Counted from the stretch's first letter, positions 8,979 through 17,772 are shown. The stretch is 64,000 nucleotides of DNA from an uncultured bacterium (GCA_964648945.1 CAZYLU010000002.1:117346-181345), one strand, 5' to 3'. Program-made: numbers and translations. Notes: generated by a model not told the origin, from the sequence alone.

Positions 8979-9692
8979 TTACGCTCTTCGATCATGGACC
9001 TTTAGGATTCCGGGCGTGTCGTACAGCATCGCATCAATCTTGGAGCGGCGCGCGCTACTGAGACCAGCGCTTTGAAGGATCGAATCGATGGCCGCGTAGT
9101 CAGGTGATATTCCCTCCGGTGCGATCTCACGAAACACACCTAACTCCACCTTTAAAACCGACATTGCGCGTTCGTCAAGACGTGCGATTCTATTATAGCG
9201 GTATGCTCGTTTTGTTTTTACCCTGTCGGCTTTGATCGCGGCCACATACAGCTCGCGCGCCTTGGTGTCGTGGATTTCTTTCGGGTCCGTGCATGGATGA
9301 AGGGATCGGCCGTCCGGTTCAGGTGGTGGGATTATGCATCCATGGGGCCTGTTCTTTGGGTCGAGAGGATCGTAGCCGGGTTCATACGCCTTTTCGATCG
9401 CCGCAAGCACGTTCGCATATCCTTGCACGAAACTTCGACGCGTTGCGATGAAGTTGTCAGGTGTTAATGCTTGAACGTCGACGGAACCCTCCATCGCCGC
9501 CGTGGCAGTTTCAAGATCGTCGAGCGAGTGCGAGGTTTCGTACCGCTGCAACGCTTGAGCAGACGAATTGACATGCGTTGATGTAAGCACTTCTGCTGCC
9601 GCTGTGCGAGTATCGGCGATACATGCGCGCTCGCACGCCATAAACATTATTAGCAACCCAGCAACGAGGCGCGAATGTGCAATAGTAAGCAT
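8979..9692 (-). CDS. hypothetical secreted protein (237 aa)
   Basis: N-terminal signal-like LVAGLLIMFMACERACIA. No known motif. Lies 10 nt downstream of 9703-10092 on the same strand. Confidence 0.55.
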   Translation of the reverse strand: MLTIAHSRLVAGLLIMFMACERACIADTRTAAAEVLTSTHVNSSAQALQRYETSHSLDDLETATAAMEGSVDVQALTPDNFIATRRSFVQGYANVLAAIEKAYEPGYDPLDPKNRPHGCIIPPPEPDGRSLHPCTDPKEIHDTKARELYVAAIKADRVKTKRAYRYNRIARLDERAMSVLKVELGVFREIAPEGISPDYAAIDSILQSAGLSSARRSKIDAMLYDTPGILKVHDRRA

Positions 9693-9702
9693 CGTCTAAC
9701 AC

Positions 9703-10092
9703 CTAACAACTGGAAGTAGGAGCATTTACCGTGGTTTGTGCGGTATTATGATCCTTCGAGAGCGTGAGTACTGCAGAGGTGTTGCGAGCCGCCTGTTGCG
9801 TTACGGCTGGCCCGAAAGTCCGCCGATTTCCGGTTACGGTGTATTGCGTCGGGATATTACTCTTCTCGACACTATTCAGGAATTGACTGCCTGCGCATGT
9901 GCCCGCAGAAGCGTCATCGGTTCTGCTTACCAGCGTACCACGGCCCGACACGACGGTAAGAGTGGTCGGCTGCCCTGGCCCAGCTACGAGGGTACCAGAC
10001 TGGCACCACCAATCTCCGGGGTTATTTGCGGTCGCTGCTCTGCCTGAAAATCTACGAAACCTCAGGCGGATAAACGTGACGGACGCTCCCAT
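9703..10092 (-). CDS. hypothetical protein; 5' end replaced by a MITE fragment
   Basis: The C-terminal ~105 aa look coding (Thr/Gly-rich, 4 Cys). The first ~19 codons, including the ATG (MGAS...), are encoded by the reverse strand of MITE copy 2. No signal peptide remains. Confidence 0.4.
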   Translation of the reverse strand: MGASVTFIRLRFRRFSGRAATANNPGDWWCQSGTLVAGPGQPTTLTVVSGRGTLVSRTDDASAGTCAGSQFLNSVEKSNIPTQYTVTGNRRTFGPAVTQQAARNTSAVLTLSKDHNTAQTTVNAPTSSC

Positions 10093-10118
10093 TGCGTCCC
10101 ACGAATCGTCCTAAAGAC
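10035..10118 (+). mobile_element. MITE-like repeat, copy 2 (truncated, 5' half only)
   Basis: CTGCTCTGCCTGAAAATCTACGAAACCTCAGGCGGATAAACGTGACGGACGCTCCCATTGCGTCCCACGAATCGTCCTAAAGAC matches the first ~84 nt of copies 1 and 3. Similarity stops abruptly after AAAGAC. Confidence 0.65.
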
Positions 10119-10192
10119 AGTATTGTCCGCGCATTGCAGTTCGCGTCCCAGAAACGGTTCGAACAATTACTCGAACAAACGCGGCTTGCGCG

Positions 10193-10724
10193 CTAGGGCA
10201 TCCAGCCTCCGAGCGCGGCGGAGGCTTCGTTGTCTATTTGTTTGGCTTCCAACGAGTCTTGTACCATACACGTCAATACGCCCTTTGCGTTGTAAAAGAC
10301 GCTGGCCGGGATAACTTGGACGGCAAAGAGCTTCGATACCGAAGTCGCTGTCGATTGCTACCGGGAAGTCGATCCCGAATTTATCGATGAAGCGTTGTAC
10401 CGTTTTCGGTGGCTCGCCATCGTCAATCAGCACGACATCGAAACCCTCGCGGCTGTAGCGATGCGCGACGCGCAAGAATTCGGGCATCTCCTCATTGCAA
10501 GGCTCGCACCACGTTGCGAAAAAGCCTACGACCGCCGGCCGTCCGGATTGGTTCGAAAACTCCAATGTTCTGCCAGTGAGCGTCGTTGCGGTAAACGCGA
10601 CCGGAATAGACCGCAGCTCCTTCTTCACGGGCAGGCAATAGGGTCCCGGAATTGCGCCGCCGCCCGCCGACACACCTAAAAGAAACAACGCACCGAACGC
10701 AGCTAGTAGTGCTCGCACGGCCAT
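10193..10724 (-). pseudogene. TlpA/ResA-like thiol:disulfide oxidoreductase with a frameshifted C-terminus
   Basis: Signal/anchor MAVRALLAAFGALFLLGV and active site FFATWCEPC. After ...AIDSDFG (about nt 10329) the annotated frame becomes Arg-rich junk. The adjacent frame reads VSKLFAVQVIPASVFYNAKGVLTCMVQDSLEAKQI..., the expected thioredoxin-fold ending, with stop TAG at 10193. Confidence 0.7.
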
Positions 10725-10905
10725 GGTTCAATCGTATGCGCTCGTTCATTGCACGTACATATGAGCCAAAAAGCCCACCGCAGGCTCAGATTGAAACGGC
10801 GGCTACGTTCATGATGCCTGGGAAGAAGAAATAGCAGCAGACGCCGACGATGATGAGAAGACGCGCTATCACTACTGCCGGCGCCGACGACGATTCACAT
10901 TTCAC

Positions 10906-11358
10906 CTAGAGTGGCGAGACATTCCAGTTTGATCCGTCCTCAAAGTCAACCCAACGCGCCCAGCACGATGCGTCGGAAATCGGTCCTCGTAGATTTTGCT
11001 TCACCTGGAAAAGAGGCCGCGCATTATTCGGTGGGTCGACTGGCCACGGAGGCCCGACGAGAAGTCGCGTGCTGTGGTGCGGTTCGATTCGGACCCGAAA
11101 GTCATATTCTTGCGGTCCGACAAGCACGCCTACGTACTTAACTGTCTTTGCCGTGTTGTTTGTAAGGACCGCTCGCAGCATAGTGTCATACTTCGCGCTC
11201 GTTATGATCTCGCAATTGGATGCTCGCACAGGACCGGTGCTGCAGGCGGAAAGACTTACAAGCAAAGCGGTTACTACAAAACGGGCAACGGTTGGCGCGT
11301 TCGCAAAATTCGCGATAAGCAACTTCTCAAGATGTCCTTGCTTCACAAACCTTCGCAT
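10906..11358 (-). CDS. hypothetical lipoprotein (150 aa)
   Basis: Signal with lipobox VVTALLVSLSAC. No known domain. Overlaps the upstream gene by 16 nt. Confidence 0.55.
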   Translation of the reverse strand: MRRFVKQGHLEKLLIANFANAPTVARFVVTALLVSLSACSTGPVRASNCEIITSAKYDTMLRAVLTNNTAKTVKYVGVLVGPQEYDFRVRIEPHHSTRLLVGPPWPVDPPNNARPLFQVKQNLRGPISDASCWARWVDFEDGSNWNVSPL

Positions 11359-11684
11359 TGGGCCGCTCCAACTCGGATTATGAACTCGCGGTGACGGTCA
11401 TATACGTCCAGTTCGGCGATACTGTTTTCGACCGCATGTGCGTGAAGTCTGCGGAATGTCTTCGCCCACGCTTTTCGGAGGTTGTCACTGTCTCCATCAA
11501 CGATAGTGGCTGCAACAGCATCGATACCGTCAAACTTGTGGTTCGACCGGAGAACGTGCTGAAACGCGATGACATCGCGCTGCGCGACCCAAGGTAGTGA
11601 CACAACACTCCAACATCCCGGATGCGGCGAGCACGCAGTCAGTGTCGTAGCAAGCGCAAATAGTTCAGATCGTAACGGACACAA
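11343..11684 (-). CDS. hypothetical protein (113 aa), possible lipoprotein
   Basis: LFALATTLTAC lipobox-like N-terminus. Lies 5 nt after the upstream gene's stop. Confidence 0.45.
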   Translation of the reverse strand: MCPLRSELFALATTLTACSPHPGCWSVVSLPWVAQRDVIAFQHVLRSNHKFDGIDAVAATIVDGDSDNLRKAWAKTFRRLHAHAVENSIAELDVYDRHREFIIRVGAAQCEGL

Positions 11685-11689
11685 AAGCG

Positions 11690-11998
11690 TTATTCTTGGT
11701 CACGCGTACTCGAGGCGGATTGGACGCCAACGCCCTTCGCCACGCCGAGCGACAAGACAACTACGTGAAAACCGATTAGCCACAACAGGAACCAGGCGGT
11801 TTTAACCATGGCGTTGCGGTTACGCACCCATTCCGGCATTAGGATGAGGATCCCCGACACAAGAGCGAGATACGCGATATAGCCTTGGACGCGCGTAATC
11901 GCTGTTACAAATACGCCGCGCCTACGGAACCAATAGCGATTTCCCATTTTCCGCCATATTAGCAGCCGGCTGTTCAGGCAGCAAACAACCGAGGGCAA
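11690..11998 (-). CDS. hypothetical 2-TM membrane protein
   Basis: Helices YIAYLALVSGILILM and AWFLLWLIGFHVVVLSLGV. The start may be the internal ATG at 11947. Confidence 0.45.
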   Translation of the reverse strand: MPSVVCCLNSRLLIWRKMGNRYWFRRRGVFVTAITRVQGYIAYLALVSGILILMPEWVRNRNAMVKTAWFLLWLIGFHVVVLSLGVAKGVGVQSASSTRDQE

Positions 11999-12286
11999 GC
12001 GATCTCTCCAAGGGTCTCGTTACCAACGCTAAGTGTATTGGTCGGCGCTATATGTCTCTTCTCGTATTATGTGTTTCCTAGCACCCGGAACTCCGTTGGC
12101 GCGTCGCCGTCTCAATACGATCGAATATATCGCAAGCGATGTCGACAAATCTCACGGTCAACGATTATCTAGACGACGATCGTCGGCCGCGGCATTTTGT
12201 TTATCGTGTGATGGGGACATCGAAAGGGACGCCGGCGTGCAGACGAAATCGGCGAAATGGCTTCAAAAACAAGTAATTATCGAATA

Positions 12287-12311
12287 AACGGCCCCGGCCT
12301 CCGGGGCCGTT
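12287..12311. terminator. perfect 11-bp GC-rich hairpin (terminator-like) in a non-coding gap
   Basis: AACGGCCCCGG-CCT-CCGGGGCCGTT. A T-rich tract follows only on the minus-strand reading (TTATTCGATAATT). No obvious gene is terminated on either side. Confidence 0.4.
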
Positions 12312-12354
12312 AGACCCTAGTCTCAACCTCTACCCCGCGTGATAAGACAATGCT

Positions 12355-13830
12355 ATGAGGCACGCTGCTCTCTTGCGGGGTATCGTTTTCGCTGTTCTCG
12401 GCATGCTGCTCGTGCGCTGCGGAGGCGGAGGCGGAAATGTTACGCCTACCGTCGCAGGGCCGACGCCGCCGCCGCTCGCGGCTGACGGTAGTGTCATCGC
12501 GTGGGACGATGCGTTGCTTCAGGCAGAGGCGCAAACAAAATCAGCGCCTACCGTCGTCGCGCGTGCACTGGCCGAAATGCACACCGCGATGTACGACGCG
12601 TGGGCCGCATACGATGCGACCGCAGCCGGAACGATGTACGGCACGCAGCTGCGCCGTCCGGAGGGTGAACGCAGATACGATAACAAGCGTCATGCAATTG
12701 CCATTGCAGCGTATCGAGTGCTCGTCGATCTTTTCCCTACGCAGCAATCCATCTTCGACGCAACGATCGCGCAGCAAGGATATGACCCGCGCGACACCTC
12801 GACCGATCGCAGTACGCCGGCCGGAATCGGCAACGTTGCCGCTGCGGCCGTCATTAATTGGCGGCATCACGATGGCGCGAATCAATTAGGCGACCTTGCA
12901 GCGGGCGCGTACGCCGACTACACCGGATACACGCCGGTCAATACGCCGGATCGCGTGAATGACCCCAATCACTGGCAGCCGCTGGCAGTCCCCGCGCCGG
13001 GTGGCGGCACGGTAGCGCAAAAATTCACGACGGCGCAATGGTATCGGGTCAAACCGTTTGCGCTCACCAGGGGATCGCAACTTCGCCCGCCGCCTCCGCC
13101 ACAATACGGAAGCGCAGAGTTTGCGCGGCAAACGCAGCAAATACTCGATTACAGCGCCAACCTCACTGACGAACAAAAATCGATTGCCGAGTACTGGAAG
13201 GATGGTCCCAATTCAGCGACGCCGCCGGGACATTGGTGTCTGTGGGGAGACTTCGTCTCTAAGCGCGACCATCATACGCTCGATCAAGACGTGAAGATGC
13301 TCTTCGCGCTCGGCAACGCCGAACTCGACACGAGCATCGCGGTTTGGGACGCGAAACGCGCCTACGATTTCGTGCGGCCCATCACGGCGGTCCACGTACT
13401 CTTTGCCGGTCAGTACGTCACGGCGTGGGCAGGACCAAACAAGGGTACGGGCCGGATTCGCGCGGAGGACTGGCATCCGTATCAGCCGCTCGAGCTCCTC
13501 ACGCCGTCGTTTCCCGAGTACGTCTCGGGACACAGCGGTTTCAGCGCGGCGGGTGCGGAGATTCTGAAAGATTTCACCGGAAGCGATGCGATGGGTGCGT
13601 CGTTCGTGGTTCCCGCGCATAGTTCAGCTGTCGAGAGCGGAACGCCGGCGCAAAACGTCACGCTCTCATGGGCGACATTTAGCGAAGCCGCCGAACAAGC
13701 CGCACTCTCGCGACGGTACGGCGGCATTCACTTCGAGTCTGGCGATCTGGAAGCGCGAAAGATCGGGCGCGCCGTCGGTCAACTCGTGTGGGCGAAGGCG
13801 CAGCGTCTTTTCAGCGGGCAGACGCAGTAG
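12355..13830 (+). CDS. PAP2-superfamily / vanadium-haloperoxidase-like secreted protein
   Basis: Signal MRHAALLRGIVFAVLGMLLVRCGG. Acid-phosphatase/haloperoxidase motifs EYWKDGPNSATPPGHW, FVRPITAV, EYVSGHSGFSAAGAEIL, SRRYGGIHFESGD. Confidence 0.75.
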   Translation: MRHAALLRGIVFAVLGMLLVRCGGGGGNVTPTVAGPTPPPLAADGSVIAWDDALLQAEAQTKSAPTVVARALAEMHTAMYDAWAAYDATAAGTMYGTQLRRPEGERRYDNKRHAIAIAAYRVLVDLFPTQQSIFDATIAQQGYDPRDTSTDRSTPAGIGNVAAAAVINWRHHDGANQLGDLAAGAYADYTGYTPVNTPDRVNDPNHWQPLAVPAPGGGTVAQKFTTAQWYRVKPFALTRGSQLRPPPPPQYGSAEFARQTQQILDYSANLTDEQKSIAEYWKDGPNSATPPGHWCLWGDFVSKRDHHTLDQDVKMLFALGNAELDTSIAVWDAKRAYDFVRPITAVHVLFAGQYVTAWAGPNKGTGRIRAEDWHPYQPLELLTPSFPEYVSGHSGFSAAGAEILKDFTGSDAMGASFVVPAHSSAVESGTPAQNVTLSWATFSEAAEQAALSRRYGGIHFESGDLEARKIGRAVGQLVWAKAQRLFSGQTQ

Positions 13831-13855
13831 CGCACTGCGCCCGGACTTGAGCCAT

Positions 13856-14590
13856 TCATTTGTGTTCGATGCGTCGCTGAACGAACACGCCGGCTGCGTA
13901 GCAGCCGATGAGCAAAAACGCCCCGTATCGTGGAACAGCGAAGAGCGCGACCATGCCGGCGAGGACGAACATGGTGAACGATTCCGCACGTAGGCCTTGA
14001 GTGAGTGACGGACGTACGGCTTGACGCGGAGATACGGGCACTATGCGCGGCAGCAACGCGGAAACCTTACTACGATACTGTTGGAACGCCTCGCCGTGGC
14101 GAGCTGCGAGGCATTCGTCTTCGAAACGGATCAGCGCCGCAATAAACAGAGCGTCACTTACGACGATAAAAATCCAGCCGAAGAGCGGAGCGGCGGCGCC
14201 GAATCCCACGGCGAGCAGAATGTTAGCCAGGTACAACGGGTGGCGAACAAAGCGGAACGGACCTGCGACAATGAGTTCATCCGCATACACCTCTTCGTTC
14301 CAGACCGTAGGCGCACTCAAATAGCTTGAGCCCCAGATGCGTATTGACATTGCGACAAAGACCAATGCTAATGCCACAAGACCGGCAGCGAGCGGACCCC
14401 GCGATCCCCAATGTGCCCCGATCGTCGCGAACGCCGGTTCATAACGGCCGAGCATTGCGAACGAGATTGCCCAGCCGCCCAAAAAGCCTATCAAAAATAC
14501 AACTGCAAAAATGGCCGACCGTCGTCGATACCACGCAGGTGATTCCACGCGGCTGCTGCGCCGTCTCATGTCTCCAACGATTGTCGCCAT
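13856..14590 (-). CDS. isoprenylcysteine carboxyl methyltransferase (ICMT)/phospholipid methyltransferase family membrane protein
   Basis: Multi-TM with family motif GPFRFVRHPLYLANILLAVGF. ATG at 14590 (or 14569). The track ORF extends upstream through MITE copy 3, which is unlikely to be real coding sequence. Confidence 0.7.
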   Translation of the reverse strand: MATIVGDMRRRSSRVESPAWYRRRSAIFAVVFLIGFLGGWAISFAMLGRYEPAFATIGAHWGSRGPLAAGLVALALVFVAMSIRIWGSSYLSAPTVWNEEVYADELIVAGPFRFVRHPLYLANILLAVGFGAAAPLFGWIFIVVSDALFIAALIRFEDECLAARHGEAFQQYRSKVSALLPRIVPVSPRQAVRPSLTQGLRAESFTMFVLAGMVALFAVPRYGAFLLIGCYAAGVFVQRRIEHK

Positions 14591-14645
14591 GCAAAAGAAA
14601 CACCTTGGCACCGCTTTATAATGCGCTAAAAGGCGATGCAGAAAT

Positions 14646-14802
14646 GGAATACTGCTCTGTCCGAAAATCCACGAAACGTCAGGCGGATCGGCGTGAGGGG
14701 ACGCTCCCATTGCGTCCCACGAATCCCCTAAAGACTGCAAGTGAGTGCGCGGCGTCCGAAAAATCGCGATACATACGCGATTTCGCCGATTTGAACTGCG
14801 AG
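14646..14802 (+). mobile_element. MITE-like 157-bp dispersed repeat, copy 3 (full)
   Basis: Same orientation and ends as copy 1. Contains GGACGC-TCCCATT-GCGTCC plus a second hairpin AAATCGCG-ATACATA-CGCGATTT. Lies 56 nt upstream of the methyltransferase gene. Confidence 0.7.
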
Positions 14803-15014
14803 CTGCTCCAGTCTGATGCGCTACTTGGTAGAGCGTTTGGCAGACAGTAAATGCCAGGTCGTTCGTATTTTCAGTTTTTGTTGCACGCTCACGTCCGTTT
14901 CGATTTCCGCCAGTCGGCGGTGCGACTTCCAGGCGACGAGCGATCGGCTGGTCATCTGACCGCAACGGTCGTGTAACATAAGATGAAGTTGAAGCGCGTC
15001 GTAGCAGCGTTCTA

Positions 15015-15491
15015 ATGACGGCACTTGCTACCGGATCGGCGCTCGCCGTACCAGGTCAAACCGGCGCGCAACTTGAGGCATCGGCAGCTTCGACCGGCGC
15101 CTTCACGAAATTTATTCGTGTCCATACCGATCATCCCGATCCAGGCAGCGCCGACTACGAGTACATTGCAACATTGAACGTAGACGGCCACGATACGGAA
15201 TTTCATGCAAAGCCGGCTCGTGACGGAACGATCGAAGTGGAATTTTTTGTCTTTTCCGATCTTATGATGATGTCGCCGCCGTCCACGCCAAAGGCAGAGC
15301 TAGTTGCCGATACGCTCGCACGCGTGTATGGTGCACAGTACGCAAGCGACTTTAGGTCAGCGCAGCAATTGCCAAATAAATCCAATGCTGCAATTTGGCG
15401 CGGCAACCTGCTAGGCTACTTTGCATTTGGCGGCGGACTTATTGTGTTTACGCGACGCTTTTTTGATGCTTGGGCCGCTCAAATTCATTGA
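15015..15491 (+). CDS. hypothetical protein (158 aa), probably secreted; 5' end may be frameshifted
   Basis: A short ORF at 14983 encodes MKLKRVVAAF then TAA. One extra nucleotide would fuse it to MTALATGSALAVPGQ..., giving a textbook signal peptide. Confidence 0.5.
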   Translation: MTALATGSALAVPGQTGAQLEASAASTGAFTKFIRVHTDHPDPGSADYEYIATLNVDGHDTEFHAKPARDGTIEVEFFVFSDLMMMSPPSTPKAELVADTLARVYGAQYASDFRSAQQLPNKSNAAIWRGNLLGYFAFGGGLIVFTRRFFDAWAAQIH

Positions 15492-15580
15492 TTATCAAAC
15501 TCTCAGGAAACTTACTGCACCAAACGTTCTCACTCGCGGCCTTTTTATAACAGACTTGACGGACGCCGGACGTGGCGCAG

Positions 15581-15984
15581 CTATGCCGACGTTCCTACAG
15601 CGTTGCCCACTGCCTTTGGATCCGGTCCGTATCGATTTGAACCGACTGTGCCTTCAATACACGTAAGAACGAGCAACCATATCGAGCCGATGAGCGGTAC
15701 AAAAGCGATGAAGCACCACCAGCCGGTCTTGTTAATGTCGTGAAGGCGCCGAACGGTAACAGCTATCGAAGGGACAATGGCTGCGACGATATAGGCGAAG
15801 CACGGAAACCCGAACAATACCGAGATGAAATCTTTTTTGTTGCGGAGCCGGCGAACGCAAGTAGTTCAAGAATCACGCTGGCGCAAAAATTGATTAGCGC
15901 GAATAGCCAATATTCGCTACGCCGAGCACGGCCAGAAAAGTCGGCATACTTACGCCAGACCGTTAAATAATAGTCCATTACCAC
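15581..15984 (-). pseudogene. DUF805-family inner-membrane protein split by a homopolymer frameshift
   Basis: The N-terminal part (15763-15984) has YADFSGRARRSEYWLFALINF. The C-terminal part (15581-15817) has VTVRRLHDINKTGWWCFIAFVPLIGSIWLLVLTCIEGTVGSNRYGPDP. The frames join at the T6 run 15833-15838 (A6 on the coding strand); A7 would restore ...GSATKKDFISVLFGFPCF... Confidence 0.75.
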
Positions 15985-16322
15985 TCCATAGAGTGAGCGC
16001 TTTACCTACAGTATCGACATAGCCGTCGGCGAACACTCTGCCGGTGGTCCGAAATGCCTACCCCCCATTTTTTCTGTGATCGAGCCGACAACAGTGGACG
16101 GCCACACACCGCCAGGGCTAATTCTCGCCGAGTCGTGTAAGTGACAACAACTGTCAAACATTCGGCGCTGGGATCAGCCTCACCGTCTAGGCGCCTAGTC
16201 TCACAACGGGCGCTTCGTTTGAACATTATACGTTTGAGACTGTCAACTATGCCAATCTACGGCATTTCGAGCAAAACATCGGCGGACAAAACAACGGCTG
16301 ACGTATTCAGCCTGTTGGTTCG

Positions 16323-17075
16323 GTGGTGTCAAACCTGAATTCTGACGGTTCAGTTGAGTCGAGGGCGACATCGCTGAATGGAGCAATACTCGCAACCGCT
16401 TCGGTCGTGAGGAATGGCGACGGCACGGCGACGGCTCGAGTTCAAGACGAGTTGGGTAGTCACACGATTACCGCTTTAGACGCGGCTGCGATTCGATATG
16501 GAGACAACACATTGCCCCAGGGCGGAACGCTCTACGTTGATCCAAATACCAATGTAATGACGGCACAAGTGACATCTCCATCGGGAATGCACTACACGGT
16601 AATCGCAACACCAAACTCAGACAACACGTACACCGTGTCCGTCCCCGGCACCGACGGATCGCAGTGGCAGCAGAAGATGGCGATGCCTTCTGGCGCGGTT
16701 CTGCAAACGTCATCAGCGAAACGTGCAATGTTTAATTGTCAGGTGGCGAAAGACGTGGGAGGGTACTTCGGCGCGGTCTCTATGATCGCCGGAGGCGTCG
16801 CTCTCCTAGGCGGCGGTCCAATTGCCGCTGGAGTCTCTGGCGTGACTGGGGATGTAGGGATGAAGATGAAGTTCTTTCGGTTTTTACTACAACGCAACAG
16901 ATATGTAACGTTAGCGATTGTATTCGTTGCCGCTGTCATTAGCGAATTCGTAGTTCACCATATAAGCGATTTCCCAAATCCAGGGCTTCTTCAGTTCGCG
17001 TCGTGGGTTGGGGTCTTCGTCATAGTCCTAGCCGCCGTAATCTTCGTCGGGAAGCTAGTAGTTCGAGAGTCGTGA
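16323..17075 (+). CDS. hypothetical membrane-anchored protein (250 aa)
   Basis: Soluble Thr/Ser-rich N-terminal part. Gly-rich hydrophobic stretch GGYFGAVSMIAGGVALLGGGPIAAGVSGV and two C-terminal TM helices. GTG start is uncertain, and a short ATG ORF at 16248 lies in another frame. Confidence 0.5.
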   Translation: MVSNLNSDGSVESRATSLNGAILATASVVRNGDGTATARVQDELGSHTITALDAAAIRYGDNTLPQGGTLYVDPNTNVMTAQVTSPSGMHYTVIATPNSDNTYTVSVPGTDGSQWQQKMAMPSGAVLQTSSAKRAMFNCQVAKDVGGYFGAVSMIAGGVALLGGGPIAAGVSGVTGDVGMKMKFFRFLLQRNRYVTLAIVFVAAVISEFVVHHISDFPNPGLLQFASWVGVFVIVLAAVIFVGKLVVRES

Positions 17076-17103
17076 AGAAGGCAAATACTTGGGTTGGACG
17101 CAG

Positions 17104-17197
17104 TGGCGGGAGCGTGTAGGAATCGAACCTACCAGCCGTCGTGAAACGACCTCAGCGATTTTGAAGACCGTGCGAGCCACCAGACTCGTACGCTCCC
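17104..17197 (-). tRNA. selC: tRNA-Sec (anticodon UCA)
   Basis: Reverse complement: GGGAGCGU-A-CGAGUC-UGGU-GGCUCG-..-CUUCAAA loop (UCA)-..-long variable arm GUCGU-UUC-ACGAC-..-GUAGG-UUCGAUU-CCUAC-ACGCUCCC-G-CCA. This gives an 8-bp acceptor stem, a 6-bp D stem with a 4-nt loop, a 5-bp T stem and 94 nt total, the bacterial 8/5 tRNA-Sec architecture. selA and selB are in the same window. Confidence 0.85.
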
Positions 17198-17202
17198 AAG
17201 CG

Positions 17203-17772
17203 TCATCCTGGCTTTGGGCGTAGACGGCGATAGGCCTTTCGACCGATACGTAAAAGCGCGAGCGAGAGCAACAGTGCGACGATCGCGACTGCGACGGGCA
17301 CGATGAACGCAAGGATTCCACCGGCAATCGCGACGCCGTCTTCCGCCGTGCTCACGATCGGATTGCCAAGGCCGCCGGTCGTTGCCGTCGACGCAGCCCG
17401 AACCGACATCACGCCGGCGTGAACGCCGAGTGCGTTGAGCGCGCCGACGATCATGAGAAACACAAGCATCTGCTCAGATTGCGGATGCACCGTACCGCCC
17501 ACGATAATCGCCGCTGCAGCGGGCTTGATGACGATCTGTAACACGTGCAGGGCATGATCGACGAATGGCACCTTATCGGAAATCATTTCCACTGCTGCCA
17601 CGCCGAGCAAAATCCACATCACCGCTTCATGGCTGAGCCATCCGAATTGGCCCGGCGTATGAATCACTCCGAAATGTGCCGCAACAGCAACCAGGGCAAG
17701 CGAGAGCACGCCGCGTAAGCCCGCGGTTGTCGTTAGGGAATAAGCAAGCGCGTATTGCGATGCTGCATCCAT
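17203..17772 (-). CDS. DUF4126-family membrane protein
   Basis: GLRGVLSLALVAVAAHFG...ISDKVPFVDHALHVLQIVIKPAAAAIIVGG pattern. About 6 TM segments. Confidence 0.65.
   Translation of the reverse strand: MDAASQYALAYSLTTTAGLRGVLSLALVAVAAHFGVIHTPGQFGWLSHEAVMWILLGVAAVEMISDKVPFVDHALHVLQIVIKPAAAAIIVGGTVHPQSEQMLVFLMIVGALNALGVHAGVMSVRAASTATTGGLGNPIVSTAEDGVAIAGGILAFIVPVAVAIVALLLSLALLRIGRKAYRRLRPKPG

Noticed and set aside
12033-12287. 84-aa ORF ending right at the 12287 hairpin
   Set aside because: The translation is Arg/Ser/Cys-rich with no RBS or motif, so I do not call it a CDS. The hairpin itself is reported separately.
5664-17103. Search for an integrase, transposase or phage genes that would make the selC-adjacent segment a bona fide mobile island
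   Set aside because: None of the ORFs on either strand shows tyrosine- or serine-recombinase or DDE motifs. Mobility is therefore not claimed, only a possible ancient insertion.
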